Shown piece after piece: positions 25,451 through 38,029 of a stretch of 64,000 nucleotides of DNA; within the stretch, counting starts at the first letter, position 1, and each line of letters opens with the position of its first letter. Made by a program: the position numbers and the translations under genes. The notes below the pieces were generated by a model. That model searched no databases, had not been told where the DNA came from, and worked only from the letters and a program-made list of their open reading frames with translations. Source of the stretch: Fimbriosthenelais zetlandica (lineage: Eukaryota); NCBI GenBank assembly GCA_977030845.1, contig OZ365115.1, positions 24,986,001-25,050,000 of the forward strand, read 5' to 3'.

Positions 25451-26144
25451 CATTCCACTGACCAGCGCCCAGCAGGCAGCAGCCCATTTAAACTGTATGT
25501 GATGCATTAGGAGCCTTCATTAAATGATAAGCTAGCCAAACCACTCAGTAGTTCGCTCATGTGTATAAAATATGAAATAAATAAAAAAGGGCTTGATTTT
25601 TGCCTCAAATCCCATTTTTATATTGGGTTTTGACTATGTATATCGGAAGTTCCCTATAAAGTGAACAACTAATTTTCAAGGGTGGACATTCAGGGGTAAG
25701 GTCTTTGGGGGACCCCACCCCAACCGTCAACCCTTTTCATAGAGCTGACGCCTCCCACCCACCAACCACCACACTTCTCCACCTCTCCAAAATCCTTCAA
25801 TTTTTTTGTTATAACACTTTATGATATTAGGAACGTATTGCACCGGAATGAGATAACGAGATGACGATAGCATATGACTAAAGTGTCATGGTATGATCAT
25901 TCATTGATAAGATGTCATTCTTATCAAGTTCACTGCGTAAAAATCTACCTGAATGATGGAGTTCATTCATCTCAATCAACGCATTGTTCGTGTTTTTATA
26001 AAGATCAGGATGTGTTTTATAAAATGATAATTATGTTCTATAAGATAACGAATACATGAATGGGTGGCTGGATGAATGAAGGAGCGAATGAATAAATGAA
26101 TGAATGAATGGATGAATGAATGGACGGCTGGTGGATTGACGCCC

Positions 26145-26371
26145 NNNNNNNNNNNNNNNNNNNNNNNNNNNNNNNNNNNNNNNNNNNNNNNNNNNNNNNN
26201 NNNNNNNNNNNNNNNNNNNNNNNNNNNNNNNNNNNNNNNNNNNNNNNNNNNNNNNNNNNNNNNNNNNNNNNNNNNNNNNNNNNNNNNNNNNNNNNNNNNN
26301 NNNNNNNNNNNNNNNNNNNNNNNNNNNNNNNNNNNNNNNNNNNNNNNNNNNNNNNNNNNNNNNNNNNNNNN
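26145..26371. other. Assembly gap (227 N) flanked on the left by a (TGAA/TGGA)n microsatellite
   Basis: Run of N; the ORFs containing X are artefacts. Confidence 0.99.
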
Positions 26372-26714
26372 GATGAGTGTTTGGACCAATGGATGCAGAG
26401 ATCGATCGGCGATTGGTATAGAACAACTTGACTAAGTCCATGTTCTTTAAATTGGAACTTTGTATCTTCCGATATCAATCAATATCAGAATGCCTACCCA
26501 AAACTATCATGTGACGAATTGTAGTGATTAACAGAATGGGTCAATTTTTGTGACACTTGATAATGTTAAGTTTATGGATTATTGTATCATATAATTCTCA
26601 TGAATCAGACCCTTATGGTGATATCTTCGACCGTTATATCTTTTTGACATATATCCAGGAATGTATGTGCGGTTGAAATGACTCAGAAAGGTGGACTTCT
26701 TTCAGATAAAGAAA

Positions 26715-27110
26715 ATATGGAATTTAGCAATGGTTACAAGTGGACTAATACAATTTATAAATAAATTGGTCATTCTTGAAACCACATTGACATTAATTGT
26801 TGAAACGCCCAATATTACAGACACCATACAGAAATATCAATTCAAAAATATCAATGGAAAGGTAAAGTATTTAGTATATATGGACCAATAGCCATTGTAT
26901 TCAGAATACGAAACTACACATTGGGTCACAGATATACATATAGTATAGATCCATAGTGACTAAAATACCCGATTAAAGCTCCTGTACTAAGAAACAATTC
27001 CTCCAGTTTAAAAATGTACAAATTCCAAATAAACCTACCTCATTCTAAGAGGAACAATTAGGAGTAATTTTTGATGGATGTTTACCTTAAGAAATCAGTA
27101 TATTCCTACC
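26715..27110 (+). mobile_element. Heavily decayed CR1/L2-like LINE reverse-transcriptase fragment
   Basis: Frameshifted translation gives, in the correct order, YGI*Q../GLIQF, TIY..IGH..HIDIN, Y/TDTIQKY, CIQN..HWVTD and CTKKQF..QLGVIFDGCL. These resemble the RT motifs GVPQGSxLGPxLF, YADDTQLY, CIxDIxxW and GTKQQL..NLGVIFDxxL. Confidence 0.55.
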
Positions 27111-27344
27111 CAGCATCTGGTGATTCCATAGCTCCGGAGCTCCGAGGACAATACCCACGAACTAGAGAGACAGAGTGGAAGTGGAACAACAGGTAACCCG
27201 ACTAATTCTCTTAGCATCTAAGATGGTTTTCCTCACAGAAATTCGCCCCCACACCACCAACGCCGCCGCCACCGTCGAACACCCACACACTACACTACTC
27301 ATAGGCTTACTATAACCTCCATTCATCCATTCATGAAACTCTCT

Positions 27345-27400
27345 CCTCCCCCACGTGGTCGCAACGTCACACTACTCTTGGCCAATCAGGAGGCGGTGCC
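27345..27400. promoter_or_regulatory. E-box, CRE half-site and CCAAT cluster
   Basis: CCACGTGG 27351, ACGTCA 27364 and GCCAATCAGG 27381. Confidence 0.3.
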
Positions 27401-28544
27401 GTTTGGGAGGGGGGAGGGGGGGGGGGGGGGGGGTAGGACACTCAGAAGTAACATGGACACTCATTTTCCTTTCCGTTTCGAAGGAGAAATGAGGATGTTC
27501 CATTGTCAAGAGAATGGACTGCGAAAAGGTGATATTTTTTTCGGATCCAACTCCTCGAAAATGGTCTATTTTGAGGGTATTTTTAAAGATTTAAAGATAA
27601 GCAGAAATCAGACAAGGGTGTCCCTGAAGAAGAATGGGCAGACCACACAATTAAACTCACATGAGCGTCAGTCATTGACCTGGCAGTCATTGATCAAGTT
27701 CACAAAAATGTTATTTAAAAGAAAAGAAAATATGTCACGAGGTAGTTTTAAATATCAAGATGAATTAAAACGAACTTGTGATATTGCTGCTGAAGCTTTC
27801 AGAAAAAGTCAGTTCAGCAATATAGGAAAAAACATAATTCAATGGTTTGGGACTTCGGGCAAGTCTAATCATACTCAGGAGCGGTCACGGAAGAGAAAGG
27901 GATTATTTATTGAATTACCACATCTATAATTGACAAATGACAACATGATATTTATGTAATCAGACTACAGGATCTGTGAAAAAAGGGAACGACGGGAATT
28001 TCTATAATTATATAATAGGCGCAGACCCTTCCTTCTTCCTCCTGGAACTCCTATTTCCTTCCTTTTCTCTGCCCCCAACTATCCCCCAACCCCCACTTCC
28101 CGGACAACCTATATCTCCTACACCCCCCCCCCCCCCACACCCTCCTGCCTCCCACCCACTACACCACCCCCTGGTTCCCTCCTTCAAGGTTATACACATA
28201 TCCCCTTTCTTTTAGTATAACATCCTTGAATTAAAATATTGTTCTGTCCAAACAAATGCATCTGGCTGTATGATGACTCAGAAAATAGATTCCTTCAGTA
28301 TTAAACCCCGGTGCTACACATCCGAGTACGCGTTAGCGCTGGACTTACACTTAAATAATATTTATTATTATAGATCGAGTGGCACAGTAAAACCCCTTTG
28401 GGGACTGTTGCAAAGTGTTCACAATAATATGCTCGTTTCCAAACGGATATTACCCATAGACTTATCATTGCTAATAATTCCCTTTGAAACATGCTCCTGA
28501 TTATACAAAGGGAGCCGTATACATGACTCAATTCGGTACAGGCC

Positions 28545-28832
28545 CATCAAGAACTTTCGACTTTGCAAAAGTGGGTGTGTTCCCTAATCAGGGGGAGCTG
28601 TATACAACACCTCCCTTGAACAGTTTGTGACTGTGAAAAAGAGTTTATTCAAACAATGTGTTCCCTAATCAGAGGGAGATGTATACAACACCTCAAGAAC
28701 TTCGGACTGTGAGAGAGTGTTCCCTAATCAGAGGAAACAGCTGTATAATGCACCTCAAGATCTTTGGAATTCGAGATAGTGTTCACTATATTGGGGGTGT
28801 TCCCTAATCAGTGGGAGTTCCTTAGGGAACAC
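28545..28832. repeat. Array of four GTGTTCCCTAATCAG-cored units ending in a hairpin
   Basis: Cores at 28577, 28658, 28717 and 28797; inverted TTAGGGAACAC at 28821; a further inverted copy at 30482-30496. Confidence 0.85.
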
Positions 28833-29594
28833 CACTATATGCCACACAAATCACTTGGGAAAAATAGTGTTTACTATACAAAGTGTTTACTGTATTCAGA
28901 GTTGTTCCTTAATATCAGAATACGTCACAAATGAATGTACACCTATTTGTAACATTTTTTCAAGGATAAGAAATGATAAAATTAATGAGCCTAATGTAAC
29001 TAACTGATGTAAAATACAAATGTTAATGTGAAGCTATGAGTGGTAAACGTCAAGTTGAAATAAACAACTTGTGACAAATAAAAAAACAAATGATTCCTCC
29101 CGGACAAGATAAATACAAATCACTTTGTTCTACCTTTAAATGTTAGCATTTAAATTACCTTTAAACGTTCTTTAGCTCACCGTGATATTTGCCTAATCTG
29201 ACTTTCACAGTGATATTCTTAGTAACTGATATTATGAGTTGATCTATTACAGATCAATAGGTCATGTATTTAGTCTAAAGTCAACTTTAGAGTTCACCTT
29301 TTCTGTTTTTATGAAAACAGTGTCATGACACTTCTATACTCAGCGCAAATCAATACCAACTGGGAGAAATAAATTATATTGTTTGCAACCAATCAGTGAG
29401 GTGTTTTTTGCATGAGTGCAAGTAGTGCATCAAAACAAGGCTTTGCGTGCACTCACATAGTTCAATGAACGTTTGAGACCCGTACGTAGATTACCTTCAA
29501 TCCATATGATCTAAATATTTTTCGAATTTTTTTCAAGAAAATATCTGAACAATAAACGTAAACTTAGTGTAAAGTTTTCTGCTGACCAATGCTA

Positions 29595-29807
29595 CTATGG
29601 AGAAAATAACATAAATGTACTATTGACTAACTTTCCCAAAGCAATAGAAACCCAGTTGCCAACTCCTCACCCCACTGTCTTAAAGGCCTGAGTGGTCTAT
29701 GGAGAAAATAACATAAATGTACTATTGACTAACTTTCCCAAAGCAATAGAAACCCAGTTGCCAACTCCTCACCCCACTGTCTTAAAGGCCTGAGTGGTCT
29801 ATGGAGA
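29595..29807. repeat. Perfect 102-bp tandem duplication
   Basis: Units 29595-29696 and 29697-29798 are identical; CTATGGAGA recurs at 29595, 29697 and 29799. Confidence 0.95.
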
Positions 29808-30503
29808 GATTTGCCCCACTAAGCTTTCTGCTGATTCAGCAGTTTATTTCTGACCCAGTGACAAAGGCAAGTTGACCTAGTCCTCGCATAGAAGCGATGC
29901 CAATTGATGCTGTAACGGTAAGGTTATAGAGATTTGCGTTTGTGCTGGTACATGACGGATTTAGAGGGGGCGGGGCCGGGGTAAGTTTGTGGGGGGGGGG
30001 GGGGAGATAAACTTTTGTCGTTCGACTATTTGGGGTATGGGGGGCTTGGGGGGCACATGGGTAACATCCCCCCAAAATCCGTTTCCTCGATCCGCGCTCT
30101 TGGGGAATGTGATGTGTATACATGTATGTATAGGTCAAGGGTTAAGTATTTTCTTTTCATATTTTTTAACACATAGAACATTATCAAACCTTTTAGTTGT
30201 GTTTCACTCCTCATGACTGCCTAAAATAAATGGTATCATTAAATTTTTATACTCTTGGTTTCCTTTTTTTCTATCCTTACGAGCAACATTTAAATTTAAA
30301 ATCATCTTCTTGGAGATACATTTGGATAGATGAAGGTATTTCAAGATTTTCATTTAGGATTTTACCCCTTTCAATGAAAGATGAAACCAGAATTAATTAG
30401 TTTATGGGCATCATGCCATAGATATGATAATCACACATTATTTTTGGTTTGGCGTTCTAGAGGTGTCTTATATGGCTCCCTCTGATTAGGGAACACCTCC
30501 ATA

Positions 30504-30726
30504 CCCCCCGTTGTATAAGGAACCTCGTCAATGGCGAGGGTCGGCAAGGGCAACCTCGTCGAGCGTTTGCTTTGTTAAAGAACTGTTTTCTTGAAAATAT
30601 TGCTTGGAAAATTGCTTGTTATTGCACTGTCCAAGCACTTCTTTCTCAAAAATGTTGCTTGTACAATACATTCGCTCGACGAGGATACCCTCACCGACCC
30701 TCGCCAATGACGATTTTCTTGTACAA
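30504..30726 (+). mobile_element. MITE family A, asymmetric (L/R) copy
   Basis: GTTGTATAAGGAACCTCGTCAATGGCGAGGG.. left arm and ..CCCTCGCCAATGACGATTTTCTTGTACAA right arm. Confidence 0.9.
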
Positions 30727-31060
30727 TTAACCCGATGATAGTTCTTGAACAGTTTCCCACAGTCCCACGGTTCTTGAGGTGCCTAATACGACTCCCCCAG
30801 ATTAGGGAAAATCCATACAGTGAACATTTCTTCTCGGTCACAACATAGAAGTTTTACTGTATATATATTTCCTGCTTCCGTTGAGAAAATTTACTCCCCC
30901 ACTTCAAGCTCCTTCTGTCTCAGAATTTCCCCACCCACGCTGAAATGAGAACTGGGTGACGGAGGTAGCTTTGACAGTGATATAGGGGCGCGCGTTTAGC
31001 ACTGTGAAAAGTAGAACAACACATTGATGTAATACTACACATGACACTCATCACTGACTA

Positions 31061-31320
31061 AGGTGCCCACGCACTAATCCGATTCTTAAGCGCCTTCTAC
31101 ACTATACCGATTTTGATCTGATCAGATTAAAAAATCCGACATGCAAGATCTGCCCCAAATCGCATCAGATCTTACATGCACAGATCTATGAGAGAATCAT
31201 CCTGATCATGATCTTGTCTTCATTCATATTATGCCGATTTTTGTTTTATCTTACTCCAATTTATCTGATGAGACCGTTAAGATCATGAAATCGCACCCCA
31301 GATCGGTTCAGTGATTTGAT
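31061..31320. mobile_element. Element starting with the family C' terminus (Harbinger-like GGTGCCCAC end), GATC-rich body; right end unclear
   Basis: TAAGGTGCCCACGCACTAATCCGATTCT matches the reverse complement of the 56405-56430 end. Confidence 0.5.
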
Positions 31321-31358
31321 TCAGTGGATGAGGTCTTGAACACTTCACCAACAATTCT

Positions 31359-31627
31359 ATTGCAACACAAGCGTCAACTTTGTCCGAATTGTCGCAAGCA
31401 AGATCGTCGCAGTGGAACACTTTAAACATAAACTCTGCGATTTTGCTTTCGACACTACTGCTTGTGTCGCAATAAAATTAATATATTTTCGCAATGTGTC
31501 GCAATAAATTTAATATATTGTGGTCTAAGTGCCCAAGGCCTTAATGTCGTCCTCCACTGGTAGAGGTGAGGTGTCACAAGCAGAGGTGTCACAAGCAAAA
31601 TCGCAGCAGTGGAACACCGCCTTTTTA
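31359..31627. mobile_element. MITE family B: right-half fragment followed by a rearranged full copy
   Basis: TGTCGCAAGCAAGATCGTCGCAGTGG, then GCGATTTTGCTTTCGACAC..AAGGCCTTAA..CAAGCAAAATCGCAGCAGTGG. Confidence 0.8.
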
Positions 31628-32301
31628 GGCAGGCAGGCTCCGGATCTGGCACATTTACCTTAGGAGTTACGTTGAGGGCAATAAAAAATACCCCTTGAGT
31701 TTTTCATCCTATGTACCCCTACCATCCCCCCACCCCCCCCCCCCCCCCCCCCCCATCACCCCTTGTGATTCAAACTCACGGGACTGCGGTTTTCAACCCG
31801 CGCATTCTTGACATTCCAAAGTGATGCATAACTCACCAGGGGGAATCACCCTTGCCTGTATGTATTACACAATGTCCACCTTTTTTTTTTAATTTAAAAC
31901 ATTATTAGATTGATTTTGGTCTGAAATATTTGAGGTTAGCACTGGTTGCATGGACAAGCGAGAGAAAAAATCAGTGGGGATTTTCGTGGATGAAAGGTTT
32001 GTAGTTTCCATGCAGGATACCCTTACCCCTGGCTACCCCTGCCCCTCTTTCCCACACCCGCCCCCCCCCCCACCCCCAACAACCTCTCACCCTCCTCCCC
32101 GAAACCACATCCCGTTCAACTTTATTATTATACAATCGCTTGGCCCAGTTTTTTGGTGACCCGCACTTCGACGAATTTTAATGGCAAATATTCCCAACCA
32201 TTGGTCATAATGCACAAGCGTATATTGCTCACCGGTATTAATATATTCCATAACAATGTTAGCTCTTATATAATTACTATCACGTATTTCATCGACCCGC
32301 A

Positions 32302-32390
32302 GGGGCCTATTGCATAAAAGATGCGCTCATCGGTCAAAGACAACCAATGGAGATAACTTTACCATTATTTCCGTTTGTGAAGCAGACCCC
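32302..32390. mobile_element. Short GGGGCC-terminated MITE-like element (related copy about 32926-33202)
   Basis: GGGGCCTATTGCATAAA / TTTGTGAAGCAGACCCC imperfect TIRs. Confidence 0.45.
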
Positions 32391-33405
32391 ATATGCAAAT
32401 TTGTTTATTATCCCACAGAAACTTTTTCATAGCTTTCATATTTTCTATAGAATATACCTTTTAATGAATTAAAAAGTGATATATCTTTGTATTCACACAA
32501 AAGTGAGTCGTACGCTAGATTTGAAATATTCAATTGATGAATCTTCACGGACAAAAGTGTTAGGTGCAAAACGATCATTTTTCTTTCTAGCAATCTTAAA
32601 TGTAGTCGCGACAAAAAATGACATTTCAATGGAAGGCTGTCTAATTATATCATTTATAAAGAACTAGATTTATGATCCATTTCTATATATACGTCTTATA
32701 AATAACCAAATGTATGACGCCAGATTCGTTTTATAAAATATGACCCTTCATAATATAGGTCTTTTATGATAATTATGATAGGAAAAGTGGAACAACTTGT
32801 AATACATTATTCCACTATTTTTAAGTTACATGTACTTACAAAGGGATCACATAAGGCCATTAGATTATAATTAGTACGATGTAACTGCAAAATAAGTTAT
32901 TATTGTTACAAATCTCAGCATAACAGGGGCCTATTTCAAAACAAATATTAACCATAGACTTAGCACTGCTAATATTCCTTTTGAAAAGGGCCCAGGAAAC
33001 AGTATTTTGTTGTGAAACAATCGATGCAAAAAAAATAATACAGAACGATGATATTTCCTTTGAAATGGGTTCCCATAGACTACTATTATAGTGATGGAAT
33101 TGAAATAATTTGGGCTTATTCTATAACAAAGATAACTACAATCATAGCTATTGATTGTCTATATGGTTTAATGTAGCACATCTTTCTTCTGAAACAGGTC
33201 ACTGATATGTAAATAGTTATGAATCACTGAAGCGCTTTTGATAATTGCAATAAGAGGGTCTAATCTTAGTCGGATGTGGGCAGGATAGGTTCTATAAAGG
33301 CCAATATGAATCACCTATACTCGTACAACATGAAGGCACAGAGCAACTATGAATCACTTTGTCAACACATGGTCAGTGCTATGTGATTATTAGATTCTCA
33401 GTGTA

Positions 33406-33596
33406 TTGTACAAGTAAATCGTCAATGACGAGGGTCGGCGATGGTACCCTCGTCCAACCATTGTATTGTACAAGCAATATATTATTTGAGAAAACAGTGC
33501 TTGGACAATGCGATAATAAACAATAACCATGCACTTTTTCAAGAAAACAGTACTTGAACAAAGCAAACGCTCGCCACTGGCGAGGTTCCTTGTGCA
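33406..33596 (-). mobile_element. MITE family A, asymmetric copy with a deletion in the L arm
   Basis: R arm first (TTGTACAAGTAAATCGTCAATGACGAGGG), core AGTGCTTGGACAA, shortened L arm ..AAAGCAAACGCTCGCCACTGGCGAGGTTCCTTGTGCA. Confidence 0.85.
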
Positions 33597-33604
33597 TGGT
33601 ATTA

Positions 33605-33930
33605 GGGGTCTCTCTTCTCTTTCAGACTCCTTCTCACGCAGTATCACCCACCCGCTCTCTCTTTCCCTCTCTCCCTTTTTGCCTCTCACTACTCTCCCTC
33701 CATGATATACCCACCCTCCCTCTCGCTCTTCTCTCTATCTCTTCCTCCCTGCCTCTCGACATGTCTATATCTGTCTCTCTCAAGATTCCTTTCTTCCCTC
33801 GCTCCTCTCTGCTTTTCCTCTCTCACCCCCTGCCCCGCTCTCGGCATCATTTCTCCCTCTCTTCCCCTATATCAGCCTGCCTCTCCCCTCTTTTTACCAT
33901 AGTTTCTTCCTCTCTATCCCAATCTGCTCA
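33605..33930 (+). repeat. Pyrimidine-rich tract abutting a family A copy
   Basis: CT-rich; explains ORFs 33554 and 33702. Confidence 0.85.
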
Positions 33931-34032
33931 TTTCCTAGGCAGCAGACACAAGGGGTTTTAGTATTAATTAATAGAGAGATACACAGCGACCCTTGTTATG
34001 ACATTAATATAGCGTATTTCTTTATGAAATCA

Positions 34033-34372
34033 CAGGCCCGGATTGAGGGGGGGGGGGGGGTACTCTATATAGGCGATTATCCAAGCGATAGCTGCGCGAA
34101 ACTATATTTCTAGTCGCACCCCATGCTTGTAATTTTAACAGTCCTTTAAACCTAGATAAGGCTAACCACTGACAAAATTACAAGTATTGGGTGTGACTAG
34201 AAATATAGTTTCGTGCAGCTATCGCTTGGAGAATCGCCTATATGGGCGCCCGGCAATAGGTTAAAACCTTAATCCTAGGGGTAAACGCTAACCAATATAA
34301 TAATGTAGGGTAGGTGTTAACCCTAACCCTAACCTGTCACCCCCCTTGTGGAAAAACCTGGATCCGCCCCTG
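34033..34372. mobile_element. Poly-G-bearing element with CAGG(G/C)CGGAT..ATCCGCCCCTG termini, hosting a nested family C MITE
   Basis: Left CAGGCCCGGATTGAGGGGG.., right ..CCTGGATCCGCCCCTG. Confidence 0.6.
34070..34240. mobile_element. MITE family C, intact 171-bp copy with TA target-site duplication
   Basis: About 67-bp TIRs (TAGGCGATTATCCAAGCGATAGCTGCGCGAAACTATATTTCTAG..) with about 5 mismatches, flanked by TA on both sides (Tc1/mariner-type target). Confidence 0.95.
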
Positions 34373-34615
34373 AATATATTCACCTATTTTAGGTGCCTAC
34401 ATAAGTTATAACCAACGTCTGCCTCCCACACAAAATGTGCACATACCGGCAAAAACGCTGGTAATTATGTGGGTGTACTGGAACGACCTTTAATAGTAAC
34501 AACGCATTATAAATAGACTAGGATAACATAAAGGGGTTAATAACTAAAACTGGATATCTACAATCCGCTCAAAAAAATAAGAAGCCACCTGACAATTGTA
34601 CACGTTTCTTTTTCT

Positions 34616-34679
34616 TAGGCCGACACACCACTGCTGCGATTTTGCTTGCGACACTGCTGCGACAAAGGTGATGCTTGTT
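34616..34679. mobile_element. MITE family B, left-arm fragment
   Basis: CCACTGCTGCGATTTTGCTTGCGACACTGCTGCGACAAAGGTGATGCTTGT. Confidence 0.85.
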
Positions 34680-37600
34680 TCTAGAAAAGGACGGCCATTC
34701 GGCCTTGGTTATTTCAACCACAATTCTTTATTACAACACAAACATCACCGGGGTTCCTTTGCTTTGCGAGTGTTACGATTTTGTTGAGGCTAGCCCCATA
34801 ATTTGTGTGACTTACTTAGCCTCGCAACTCGTAAATGGAGCGTATAAATGACAGGCATCCCTTGCAAATAATACAAGAATTTAACGGAAACTGTGATAAT
34901 ATTGAAATTTGGCTTCGTACAAGGGCAGACTTTCGAGAGTCTATAGATATATTTATAAAGTACAAATAAAATCATATACCAACTACAAAGCGCCCTGGGA
35001 GTGTAATTGAGTCATGGCGACTGCTATACCTAAAACAATGTCAACGACTGGCAGAAATAAATTTAGTTACTTTAGAGGGCGACAACATGTTGCGGAAACA
35101 AAAAATAGATAGTAGGGTATCGATGAAAAATAATGAGGACGCTTTTAAAAACGTATTTCTGGGTGACACTGATTTTGACATTGAAACATGATCAAGTGCT
35201 GAAAGGGACAAGTTTAAAAACAGGTATAGCCGTGTATAAGAATAGGTCCTACATATAGTAAGAAGACTTTTGTAACTTTTGCCTATGTGAAAAGTTCTTG
35301 ATGAAATAAACAGATGGAAATGTCCAAATATAACAACGGTTCTCTACTTTGGGAAGGTTTGTTTCTGTGATCCCTGGTACGTTATATTAATTTAGGAACA
35401 TAATTTAATATTAGGATTCTATTTTTGGAAACATGCTATATAAAAATCTAATTGAACAACGCATATTCGCGTGGCATTTATAGGTGTCAATTTAATTACA
35501 AGTAAGGGCTTTGAACCCAATACTGTAATATGAGAATTTAAAAACAAAGGTTATACTTCAGATAATACCAAAATTAACCAATAATTATGTACGCTTCAAA
35601 ATAGACGACCTCGTTCGCCCAAATACTTTTAGGATTTCAAATACTTTTAGGATTTCATAACAAGGTGCGCACTCAAATTACTAATTCTGAGGAACAAAAC
35701 CTGGGTCCTCCGAATGATGAACAATAATAGATTTCCAGCGTTGCAAAAGCATTAATGCTTACGCAATTACGGTTATTAAATGAAGAACTGCTACTTTATG
35801 AAATGGTACTTCAAAACAATGCATAAAAATAACGTATACGCTCTGAAAACCAAAGAATCAACATTGATTTTCCGAGCGCAACTTTTGGGAAGACAAGCCC
35901 TTATTGTGTTGGCACCGGAACCTTATTAATCATTTCCATCACCAAAATGACGAGACACATTTATAAACCTAATATAAGACATATTTTGGCGCAGTTTCAA
36001 GGGGACATAATTTGAACCCTGGTAAAAGTAGACGGTTAGTTTCACCCGAGACAGTGACAGAACCCTCTCTGACAGCCCAGACTTCCTCCCCCTCTCCCCG
36101 CCACTCCCAAACCCAGCGCCCGTCACTCCAACAGTGTGCGCCAAAATATACCATCCCATGTCATAATTATCATATGGTAGGCCTAATTGTCCCCGTTAAC
36201 CTTGACTCACAAATTTTCTTTCTAGTTCACATTTTGAAATTATGAAACGCAATTGTTTTTTTCCATCCCTTACGCTGCAACGCTTCACAGGTGTAAAAGA
36301 AGCGCGTATGGTAGACACCAAATTAAACACCTTATGCCAAATTTAGTAATTACGAAATGGGTTCAAAGCCGAAGGGGTTATGTCGAACATTCACCTGTGA
36401 AATAGGCATTTTTGGTGGGGAGTAATTTTCAGTAATTGTAAGATGACAATTATGTAAAAAGGTTCCGCCTTCTTAGCTTGGACAAAGAAACCTTTCTGAT
36501 CATAAACCACGACTTGTAAATGTGATATGAAGCAACTTAGGAAATACATTAGACACTGGAAGAGGACAATCCCACGTTCAACCGTACGCAAATGCCATCA
36601 ACAGACCCACTTTTATAATTATGGAAAGTTGTCTGTGGTTAAAATGGCTTGTCACGTTCGCCGACTAAGGTCCGAGTAGCTTGGGTTTTGGAAGGAATTT
36701 CCAACATTTTCTTACTTTTGTATACGTTTATGCTACCTTCTAACTAATTTAATGAGTGATTAATGTCGTGAAATATGAGTTATTTAAATTAATATTGGGT
36801 GTGCTTTTGAAGGGGGTGACACTAGTTGGGACAAAATGCAGGTTGGTAGGTTTATAATATTTATATAGTCACAGGTTTGAGTTGCCTATTTTTAAATCGA
36901 AATATTGTAGTTTTATTTGAGATTCTAATGTATATTAAAATGTCCTGTGGATCAGGTAGCATGGGACAATAAGGAAAACACTGAATTTATTCAAAATTGG
37001 AAATTTTAATCTAGTTTCTCTCCATTTTCGTTAGGGCCCGCCGAGCCAGACAAAGAAAGTCTGGGGTTCAGCCCGGCCAACCCGACTTCCTAAATTTACG
37101 TTTTTCTTCCGTGATTCTCAATAAATTACATTAATTCCATCTTTCTAACAACTATCAGGATATGTTCTTTGAATATTTGGGGAAAATTTAATTAGAAATG
37201 TTGAGAATTTGCCGTCACGACATATCTTAGAAAGACGAGTTTGTCTCGTGTCTTCAGAAAATTGTGGTCGGCCGGAATATAGTGTCTCTATTGAAAGCTG
37301 CTTTGTTAAGTATCTAGCCCTGAATCAACCCAACCCGCTCGTGCATATCTTAGTTTAGATCCCCCAAAAGACGACCGTCACGAATAGAAAGCATAATTTT
37401 CTTATTTGGAGACGCAATGATCATTCTCTGCATGACAAGCGTAGCTTTTCACAGAGCAGTGACTGGGCACAAAACAAAATGGAGTCCTGACCAGCCAAAA
37501 GTGACAACAATACACAAGCCGAGATTTTAAGACGAAAATTGCGTCTTAGTTTCACGAAAAAAGTCCGAAATGAAATATACATCGTGTGTACATATATTAG

Positions 37601-38029
37601 AGAACAATATGCAAGCCTTAGTTTTGTACTAAACTACCCTAAAATGTAAAAAGAAACACAAAACTGGGTCCCCTTGGACCAAGAATGCATGCAGAGTTCC
37701 TCGATTTCAAACGGACAAATTCATCTTTGAATTTGTGAGAGGGAACTGCTTGGAACCAATATAAACTAAAAGAATCATTGAAAAGGTTGTTGGTAATTTT
37801 CATGGGATATATAGATTTACAAATGCATGGATATATTAACAAATTAGGGGTGAATCGGATGGTGAATGGAGTTGAAAATTATTACATGCAGGTTACATGG
37901 CTGGGAGGGATAGCTTATAATATGGAAAGGGGAAGTCAAACCTTGAATTTTTCTCTCCTTTCTCGGGTCCATGGAATTTGCGAGGCATATACGCATGTCA
38001 TGTGTACATGTCTGAATGCATGTCATCAG

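Noticed and set aside
25976-26478. ORFs containing X runs
   Set aside because: Artefacts of the N gap.
27333-27929. Longest ORF (198 aa)
   Set aside because: It starts in a motif cluster, reads through a poly-G tract and has no recognisable domain or splice context.
28545-28832. CRISPR-like array
   Set aside because: Spacers are homologous to each other and irregular in length, there are no cas genes, and the context is eukaryotic.
34317-34334. Telomere-like TAACCC repeats
   Set aside because: Only about 3 units, inside a transposon-like host.
35010-35350. Protein-like reading interrupted by stops (MKNNEDAFKNVF..)
   Set aside because: No family motif was recognised, so it cannot be called a pseudogene.
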